NCBI GenBank assembly: GCA_041736175.1
Contig: JBGSUI010000188.1
Location: 25,829-89,828, forward strand
DNA from: Oligoflexales bacterium
GTDB taxonomy: Bacteria; Bdellovibrionota_B; Oligoflexia; Oligoflexales; CAIYRB01
DNA length: 64,000 bases
Direction of reading: 5' to 3'
The position numbers and the translations under genes were made by a program. The number at the start of each line of letters is the position of its first letter. The stretch's first letter is position 1. Positions 57,480 to 64,000 of the stretch are shown one piece after another. The notes beneath the pieces are model-generated. The model was not told where the DNA came from. It saw only the letters and a program-made list of their open reading frames with translations, and did no database searches.

Positions 57480-59423
57480 ATGATATTGTTGTGGATTCTC
57501 ATGCTTTTGCCTTTAGTAGGTGCTTTTTTTAATGGCATCATCCTTAGAAAAGCTCCCAAATCCATCTCCCATGCAGTCGGAGCCGGGACTCTTATCGCGG
57601 CCTTTGGGTGTGCCGTGGCTCTTTTTATGGACTTTATGGGCCAGGGTGGTGCGAGCAAAGTCGTCCTTGCCTTTGACTGGATCGATGCCGGACAGTTCCA
57701 GGCTCCTTTCCGCTATATCGTCGACCGACTTTCTCTTTTAATGGTCTTGATCATCACTGGAATCGGTAGTTTGATTCATATCTATGCCGGTGGCTATATG
57801 CATGAGGAAAAAGCCACCTGGAGATTTTTCAGCTATCTAAATCTTTTCGTATTTATGATGCTGCAACTTGTGTTAGGTGACAATCTCCTCGTCATGTTTA
57901 TCGGATGGGAAGGGGTCGGCCTCTGTTCCTATCTACTGATTGGCTATTGGTATGAGGAAGATCAAAATGCGCAGGCAGGGATGAAAGCCTTTATCGTCAA
58001 CCGGATAGGAGACATTGGATTTCTAATCGGGATCTTCCTCACCTATAAATTTTTTGGAACCATCAGCTTTAGCGAACTTAGGGATCTGGTCTTTAGTGGG
58101 ACCTCCCTAACCAATGGACAACTCCAAGCAGTGACTTGGATCACCTTGGCCTTTTTTATTGGAGCTTGTGGTAAATCTGCCCAGCTACCTCTTTATGTTT
58201 GGCTTCCCGATGCCATGGCTGGCCCAACTCCCGTTTCAGCGCTGATCCACGCTGCCACAATGGTCACTGCAGGGGTCTATATGATGACTCGCATGCATTT
58301 TTTCTATTATTTGGCTCCAGATACCCAAGCCCTTGTCGCTCTCGTAGGAGCCTTAACCGCTTTATTTGCAGCTTCCATAGCCTTGGTTCAGACGGATATC
58401 AAAAAGGTGTTAGCCTATTCGACAGTCAGTCAGCTTGGGTATATGGTTTTAGGGTGCGGTGTGGGAGCCTATTCCGCGGGGGTCTTCCACCTCCTCACCC
58501 ATGCCTGTTTTAAAGCACTCCTTTTCCTAGGAGCCGGCTCCGTCATTGTAGCCATGCATCACCAACAAGATATGCGCCATATGGGGGGACTGAAAAAACA
58601 TCTCCCTATGACCCATGGTGCCATGCTTATGGGACTCTTGGCTATTATCGGTTTTCCGGGATTTTCTGGATTCTTTTCGAAAGATGAGATTTTGTGGAAA
58701 GCCTGGACAGGAGCGGGGCCTTGGATCTGGGGAATCGCCGCTTTAGCTGCGGTGTTTACGTCGTTTTATATGGTACGCATGTTTATGCTTACTTTTTATG
58801 GCAAATTCCGAGGCGACCACCATACAGAAAGCCACCTTCACGAAACCAGCTGGATCATGTGGGCTCCTCTCATAGTGTTGGCTGCGTTAAGCGCCGGGAT
58901 TGGCTTTCTCAATGTTCCCCCACTTCTTCACCACTTCATTCCCTTAGGCGAGACCTTCCATCACTACTTAGAGCCAGTGATTGCATTCCCACCCCAAGGG
59001 CTGCTGCACTGGGAACACCTCGTCGCGGAACACCCCCATTCTCAAGAATGGATGGTCATGGGTATTTCCGTCGCTGGGATGGTCTGCGCATCCCTCTTTG
59101 CGATTGCTCTTTATGGAAAGGGATTTTCACCCCTAGCCGAAAGTTTAGCAAGACGGTTTCCCAATGCCCACAAGCTCCTAGAAAACAAGTATTACATTGA
59201 CGAATTCTATGACGCGGCGATTGTTCAACCCTTAAAAGATGTATCGCTCTTTCTCTGGAAAATTGTCGATGTGTCTATAATCGACGCCGCGGTCAACGGC
59301 ATTGCCCAGTCATGTGCCCTTCTGGCCGGAGTGACTAGTTTCAAAATGACTGGAAGTTTGCACCGCCATGCTGTCGTGATGATCGTAGGTCTCCTGTGTA
59401 TGCTCACAGCTTTAGTATTTTAG
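57480..59423 (+). CDS. nuoL: NADH-quinone oxidoreductase subunit L
   Basis: GWEGVGLCSYLLI, NRIGD, GKSAQLPL..WLPDAMAGPTPVSALIHAATMV, FSKDEI. ATG at 57480 follows GGGAGG. Confidence 0.97.
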   Translation: MILLWILMLLPLVGAFFNGIILRKAPKSISHAVGAGTLIAAFGCAVALFMDFMGQGGASKVVLAFDWIDAGQFQAPFRYIVDRLSLLMVLIITGIGSLIHIYAGGYMHEEKATWRFFSYLNLFVFMMLQLVLGDNLLVMFIGWEGVGLCSYLLIGYWYEEDQNAQAGMKAFIVNRIGDIGFLIGIFLTYKFFGTISFSELRDLVFSGTSLTNGQLQAVTWITLAFFIGACGKSAQLPLYVWLPDAMAGPTPVSALIHAATMVTAGVYMMTRMHFFYYLAPDTQALVALVGALTALFAASIALVQTDIKKVLAYSTVSQLGYMVLGCGVGAYSAGVFHLLTHACFKALLFLGAGSVIVAMHHQQDMRHMGGLKKHLPMTHGAMLMGLLAIIGFPGFSGFFSKDEILWKAWTGAGPWIWGIAALAAVFTSFYMVRMFMLTFYGKFRGDHHTESHLHETSWIMWAPLIVLAALSAGIGFLNVPPLLHHFIPLGETFHHYLEPVIAFPPQGLLHWEHLVAEHPHSQEWMVMGISVAGMVCASLFAIALYGKGFSPLAESLARRFPNAHKLLENKYYIDEFYDAAIVQPLKDVSLFLWKIVDVSIIDAAVNGIAQSCALLAGVTSFKMTGSLHRHAVVMIVGLLCMLTALVF

Positions 59424-59487
59424 AAACGGAGATTTACAAATAGGTCCCTCATCTGGACCTTCACTAGGACCATCAATAGGACTAACT

Positions 59488-61113
59488 ATGGATTTCGTTA
59501 ACAATCATATCCTTTCCATTATGACCTTTATCCCACTGGTCACTGCCCTGGCTATAGCAGCGATTGGCAACCTTAGGTTTGCAAAAATGGTCGCGATGGC
59601 TGGCTCGATCGCTGCTTTTTTCGCAAGTCTTCATGTTTGGTATTGGTTTGACTCCCAAACCACGGGACTGCAATTTGTAGAGTCATTTGTCTGGATACCG
59701 ACTTTTGGCATCAAGTATATCCTAGGAATCGATGGGCTTAGCCTGCTTCTGGTCATGCTCACCACTTTTTTGACGCCACTGATATTACTCAGCGTCTGGC
59801 ACGAAGAAGAACCCAAGCAGAAGTGGTTTTTAGCTCTGTTTATGTCACTGGAATGCGGCATGCTTGGATCTCTGTTGGCCTTTGACTTCGTTCTCTTTTA
59901 TATCTTTTGGGAAGCGATGCTGATCCCCATGTATTTTATGATCGGCGTCTGGGGTGGTAAAAACCGAGTCTATGCAACGACCAAATTTATTATCTATACC
60001 TTTGCTGGATCGCTTTTGATGCTGATCGCTGGTGTGGTCCTTTATATCCTCGCTTATGAAAAAACCGGCTACTATTCCACAAGCCTTTTGGACCTCTACC
60101 AAGCAGCTCCCGGCATCAGGGACCAAATGTGGCTCTTTGTGGCTTTTGCTGTGGCTTTTGCCATTAAAGTGCCTGTATTTCCCTTCCATACCTGGCTTCC
60201 CGACGCCCATACCGAAGCCCCAACGGCAGGTTCGGTGATTTTAGCAGGGGTCCTCTTAAAATTGGGCACCTATGGGCTTTTGAGATTTGCAATCCCGCTT
60301 TTTCCAGCAGCAACCGCGACCTTCGCCCCCCTTATCATGACCCTCGGCGTGATTGGGATCATCTACGGAGCACTCAATGCCTGGATGCAAAAAGATGCGA
60401 AAAAAATGGTGGCTTATTCCTCAGTATCCCACTTAGGTTTTGTTGTCATAGGATGTTTAGCGGTGGTGGCTGGTGGCAAATCCCTTTCACCAGAAGCCCT
60501 GACGGGTGCCGTTTACCAGATGATAAACCACGGGATTAGTACAGGTGCCCTCTTTTTTCTCGTCGGGATCATCTACGAAAGACGCCATACCCGTATGCTT
60601 GAGGATTTTGGTGGCCTCGCCAAAACCATGCCTTGGTTTGCCGTGATGCTGATCACCGCTACCCTAAGCTCGGTGGGTTTGCCCGGGACAGGGGGATTTG
60701 TAGGAGAATTTTTAATCCTGCTGGGGAGTTTCCAAGCCAACCCTCTGATCGCTATCGGAGCCAGCTTAGGTGTGCTTCTAGGGGCCATTTATATGTTAAC
60801 TCTTTGTAAAAAAATACTTTTTGGTCCCATTAAGCACGAAGAAAATCGAAATCTTAAGGACCTTTCACCGAGAGAATTTGCTTATGTTTTCCCCCTCGCC
60901 TTCCTCGGTATCGTCATGGGTGTTTTTCCTGATATCTTTCTCTCTAAGGTCAGGGCCTCTATCGAGCATCTTGCCAGCACCTTTACCAACTATCGTCTTG
61001 AGGCACAGGTTTTATCTCCCAACCCAGACAAATTCACATGGGATCACCGCGACCAAAACACCAAGGTTATCCATACGATCTCGACTCCTTTAAATACGAT
61101 GAACACACCCTAA
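59488..61113 (+). CDS. nuoM: NADH-quinone oxidoreductase subunit M
   Basis: FWEAMLIPMY, KVPVFPFHTWLPDAHTEAPTAGS, LPGTGGFVGE. Confidence 0.97.
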   Translation: MDFVNNHILSIMTFIPLVTALAIAAIGNLRFAKMVAMAGSIAAFFASLHVWYWFDSQTTGLQFVESFVWIPTFGIKYILGIDGLSLLLVMLTTFLTPLILLSVWHEEEPKQKWFLALFMSLECGMLGSLLAFDFVLFYIFWEAMLIPMYFMIGVWGGKNRVYATTKFIIYTFAGSLLMLIAGVVLYILAYEKTGYYSTSLLDLYQAAPGIRDQMWLFVAFAVAFAIKVPVFPFHTWLPDAHTEAPTAGSVILAGVLLKLGTYGLLRFAIPLFPAATATFAPLIMTLGVIGIIYGALNAWMQKDAKKMVAYSSVSHLGFVVIGCLAVVAGGKSLSPEALTGAVYQMINHGISTGALFFLVGIIYERRHTRMLEDFGGLAKTMPWFAVMLITATLSSVGLPGTGGFVGEFLILLGSFQANPLIAIGASLGVLLGAIYMLTLCKKILFGPIKHEENRNLKDLSPREFAYVFPLAFLGIVMGVFPDIFLSKVRASIEHLASTFTNYRLEAQVLSPNPDKFTWDHRDQNTKVIHTISTPLNTMNTP

Positions 61114-61135
61114 TTCTCAGTAAGGAGCCTATGAT

Positions 61136-62620
61136 ATGGCGTTCGAACTCCCCACGTTGACCTTAGATTTTTTACTGGCCGCCTCGCCCATATTTCTCAT
61201 GTTCCTCTCCGGCTTAGTCCTGATGCTAGCGGCCGTTTCGCCCACCCTTGAAAAACCTGGTATTGGATTCGGTTTGATCGGGACTTTTCTGATCGCATCC
61301 CTTGGCGCGAGTCTTTTTCTTGTCCCCTTATCCGAAAAAAACCATCTCGCAGGGACCGTCATCTCAGGCTTGATTTCGGCTTTTGGCCAATCGACCATCC
61401 TTATGATTAGTTTGATCGTAGTCCTTTTATTTCAAGAAACCTCCCTTAAGTCCAAGTTTTTTAGGGGCGAAATCCTCAGTTTATATTCATTTTGCGTAGC
61501 CGGAATGTTGGTGATGGTGGCCTCTTCCGATATCATCACTCTTTTTGTGGGCCTAGAAATCGCCTCCATCTGTCTCTATGTCCTCGCTGGCTACACTGAT
61601 CCCAACCGCAAGAGCCAAGAGGGGGCCATTAAATACTTTGTCTTGGGTTCCTTTGGTACCGCTCTCTTGCTTATGGGATTTGCCCTTATCTACAGCGCGA
61701 CTGGTTTGATCAATTTAAAAGATCTTGTCGTCCAAATACCAAAACTCGCTGACCATCGATGGGTGCAGTTAGGGTCCATCTTTTTAGTCTCTGGACTTGC
61801 TTTTAAACTAGCCATGGCACCTTTTCATCTCTGGGCACCTGATACCTACGAAGCATCCCCCACGGGGATCACCGCATTTATGGCCACTTCTGTAAAAGTG
61901 ATGATGATTGTCTTTGCCTTTCGCCTATTTTCCCAAGGATTAATTGGCGCTTTTGCAGTCTGGCTGCCCGCACTCGTCTTTTTAGCCATGAGTTCCATGA
62001 TCATTGGAAACATGATGGCTCTCGTCCAATCAAGCCTCAAACGAATGCTTGCCTATTCATCCATAGCCCATGGGGGCTATATGAGCCTTGGGCTCTGCGC
62101 TCTTGGAACCAACAGTCTTGAGTTGCCTCTATCATCTGTCATGTTTTACCTGGTCAGCTACTCTTTGGTCTCCTTATGTGCTTTCGGTATCATTATGTGG
62201 CTTGAGTCTGGAGTAGAAAATCTCACCCTCCAAGATATCCAAGGGCTTAGTACCAAGCATCCCTGGGCTGCCCTTTGTCTAGCAGCTTCGATGTTTGCTC
62301 TCGCCGGAATGCCACCTACTGGTGGTTTTATCGCAAAGCTGTTTGTCTTTAAGGCCGCCCTCGATAGCCAGCTCTATTCTTTAGTCCTCGTTGGTGCTCT
62401 TGGCAGTGCACTTTCTCTTTTTTATTACCTTAGAGTTATTGTAAAAATGTATATGACAAAACCCCATGCTACCCTTTCTGCTTTGTCCCCTAAACCCTCT
62501 TTGATTCTCGCCTGCCTTTTAGGTACGATCGTAGTCACGGTATTATTGCTAGGGACCATTTTGCCCGAAGCTCTTTTTCAGCAGTTGCTAAAGGCCGCAG
62601 AAAATATCGCCCTCAATTAA
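61136..62620 (+). CDS. nuoN: NADH-quinone oxidoreductase subunit N
   Basis: EGAIKYF, FKLAMAPFHLWAPDTYE, KRMLAYSSIAH, GMPPTGGFIAK, YYLRVI. Confidence 0.97.
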   Translation: MAFELPTLTLDFLLAASPIFLMFLSGLVLMLAAVSPTLEKPGIGFGLIGTFLIASLGASLFLVPLSEKNHLAGTVISGLISAFGQSTILMISLIVVLLFQETSLKSKFFRGEILSLYSFCVAGMLVMVASSDIITLFVGLEIASICLYVLAGYTDPNRKSQEGAIKYFVLGSFGTALLLMGFALIYSATGLINLKDLVVQIPKLADHRWVQLGSIFLVSGLAFKLAMAPFHLWAPDTYEASPTGITAFMATSVKVMMIVFAFRLFSQGLIGAFAVWLPALVFLAMSSMIIGNMMALVQSSLKRMLAYSSIAHGGYMSLGLCALGTNSLELPLSSVMFYLVSYSLVSLCAFGIIMWLESGVENLTLQDIQGLSTKHPWAALCLAASMFALAGMPPTGGFIAKLFVFKAALDSQLYSLVLVGALGSALSLFYYLRVIVKMYMTKPHATLSALSPKPSLILACLLGTIVVTVLLLGTILPEALFQQLLKAAENIALN

Positions 62621-62641
62621 TACGAGCACAGGGGGTTTGAC

Positions 62642-63457
62642 CTGTATCCAATCCTGGTTGACTGGGGCTTTATCTTTTTACCTGCCTGGCATACGTTTTA
62701 TGTCCTAGGTGCCCTCTGCGCCTATGGCATGATGGTCCACCTGGGCAAAAAACACTGCAAAGATATTCCTCAAGAAATCTATCCCCCGCTTTTTGTCTCT
62801 TGCTATATCTCTGGATACTTTGGATCAAGGCTGCTTTCTATTGTGATAGAAGAGGCTCCCCAAAGCGAGACCGCGGTAAATTTGGGATTTTACCTCTCAA
62901 GACTCTTTTCCTGGGGCCCCATGACTTTTTATGGGGGAGCCCTTGCAGCAGCCTTCGTCGGTGTGGCCTACCTTAAGTTTAAGAGCCTTCCTATAGCTCC
63001 ACTCCTCGATATCATCGTACCTAGCGGCTTTTTGGCATTAGCTATAGGGCGGATTGGATGTTTTCTTAATGGCGACGACTATGGAATCCCGGTTCGAATC
63101 CCAGAGGGAGGGGTTGCTCCTTTTTGGTCTGTGCGGTTTCCAAACCTTGGTGATAACATCTACCGCTGGCCGGTCCAGCTTATTGAAACTGGCTGTGTAC
63201 TGTTAGGTATCTTGGGTCTCATGATTTATTTTAAACTGCTGCAAAAGACTTTTAGACCTGGAATCGTCGCCTATCTGATGACTGTCCTTTATGCCAATAT
63301 CCGATTGTTTGACGAGTTTTTGCGGGATGATTTTCGAGGATCGGTCTTAACTGCATGGCTGTCCACAAGCCAGTTCATCAGTATTGTGATCTTAGTCTTT
63401 TGTTTGGCCATAAGCCCGATGATACTCGCGACTTCTCGGTCAAACCGGACAAATTAA
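62642..63457 (+). CDS. lgt: Prolipoprotein diacylglyceryl transferase family protein (divergent), probable CTG start
   Basis: GPMTFYGG, AIGRIGCFLNG, R.PVQL.E, R...EF.R.D. In-frame extension upstream of ATG 62729 gives (M)YPILVDWGFIFLPAW, a typical Lgt N-terminus starting at CTG 62642. Confidence 0.82.
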   Translation: MYPILVDWGFIFLPAWHTFYVLGALCAYGMMVHLGKKHCKDIPQEIYPPLFVSCYISGYFGSRLLSIVIEEAPQSETAVNLGFYLSRLFSWGPMTFYGGALAAAFVGVAYLKFKSLPIAPLLDIIVPSGFLALAIGRIGCFLNGDDYGIPVRIPEGGVAPFWSVRFPNLGDNIYRWPVQLIETGCVLLGILGLMIYFKLLQKTFRPGIVAYLMTVLYANIRLFDEFLRDDFRGSVLTAWLSTSQFISIVILVFCLAISPMILATSRSNRTN

Positions 63458-63479
63458 GGACGAGGTTAGGCTGTCCTTA
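63455..63479. terminator. Possible terminator hairpin between convergent genes
   Basis: taaggac-N11-gtcctta inverted repeat; no clear U-tract. Confidence 0.3.
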
Positions 63480-63816
63480 TCCACTCCTCTTTGTGATCGT
63501 AAGATTTATTGGCCGTCCAAACGTCAAAAGTCGATTGTTCGTCACCAGACGTTTCGATTCCAATTTGATAGCCTTTAAAAAAATCCTGGATTAGTTCTTG
63601 TGCTTTTCTAATCGCTTGGTTTTGCGAAGTCTCTTTAGTTTTTTTTAAGTTTCTCGCGAGAACATGCTGAAGCTCTGTCACATTGGGAGGGGTCGTTATG
63701 AGCATTTTAAACCCAGATTCGAGACCGCCTACGTACTCTTTTGTGATTCTGTGTTTATCGTCCTGATCATTGATCAGGGCCAGCATTGGACCGGTGTCAA
63801 GAATTATCGTCTTCAC
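63466..63816 (-). pseudogene. PIN/VapC-type toxin, apparently C-terminally truncated
   Basis: IILDTGP..AL....D..H and NVTE PIN motifs; ends at 116 aa without the later conserved Asp residues. Confidence 0.6.
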
Positions 63817-64000
63817 CGTATAGTATGTCCTTATATGTCTCCGATAGATTTTTACTTAAAGCAGAAGTTTCCACAAAAATAACCGCATTTTTGACGTAAC
63901 TTACGAAGCTTTATCGATATTTTGCGTCCTTCGATCCTCCGCTGGCTTTTTTCTCGAGTTTGTTTCTGAATTACGCCTTCGAAAGGCTTCCAAATACGTC

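Noticed and set aside
57480..62620. Mrp antiporter or hydrogenase membrane module instead of Nuo
   Set aside because: Clear NuoA, H, J and K orthologs in canonical order; no MrpE/F/G or hydrogenase subunits.
63442..63450. aaaccggac matching the end of the 46-bp repeat in reverse
   Set aside because: A 9-bp match is expected by chance in 64 kb.

Overview
Bacterial chromosomal window whose gene content suggests a Bdellovibrionota/Oligoflexia-like organism (inference from bacterial Topo VI, a split nuo operon, a Kelch/FN3 lipoprotein and the mfd-PPIase-surA order). Left to right: the 3' end of an SNF2 helicase, a P-type ATPase and an orphan PAS histidine kinase. Next is a ~3.1 kb mosaic island bounded by a 46-bp direct repeat, carrying a GC-rich AbiE (MenA4/MenT4-like) toxin-antitoxin pair and gene debris, followed by rlmN. 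Then comes a minus-strand envelope cluster: HD-GYP, two Thr-type sulfatase-like proteins, a beta-barrel, a 910-aa secreted protein and a GH113-like lipoprotein. After a lone lptG lies the S10-spc-alpha ribosomal superoperon, which lacks rplX (L24) and map and has an unusual S14, a divergent L29 and a structured leader. Further right are two PPIases, mfd overlapping an archaeal-type topoisomerase VI B/A pair, a MazG-like pyrophosphatase, a 1324-aa FN3/Kelch lipoprotein and gpsA. The window ends with a membrane-arm-only complex I operon (nuoAHJKLMN), an lgt-like gene with a probable CTG start and a degraded PIN-type TA locus. No rRNA, tRNA, CRISPR array, integrase or transposase was recognised. 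All family calls are from motif recognition by eye; no searches were run.
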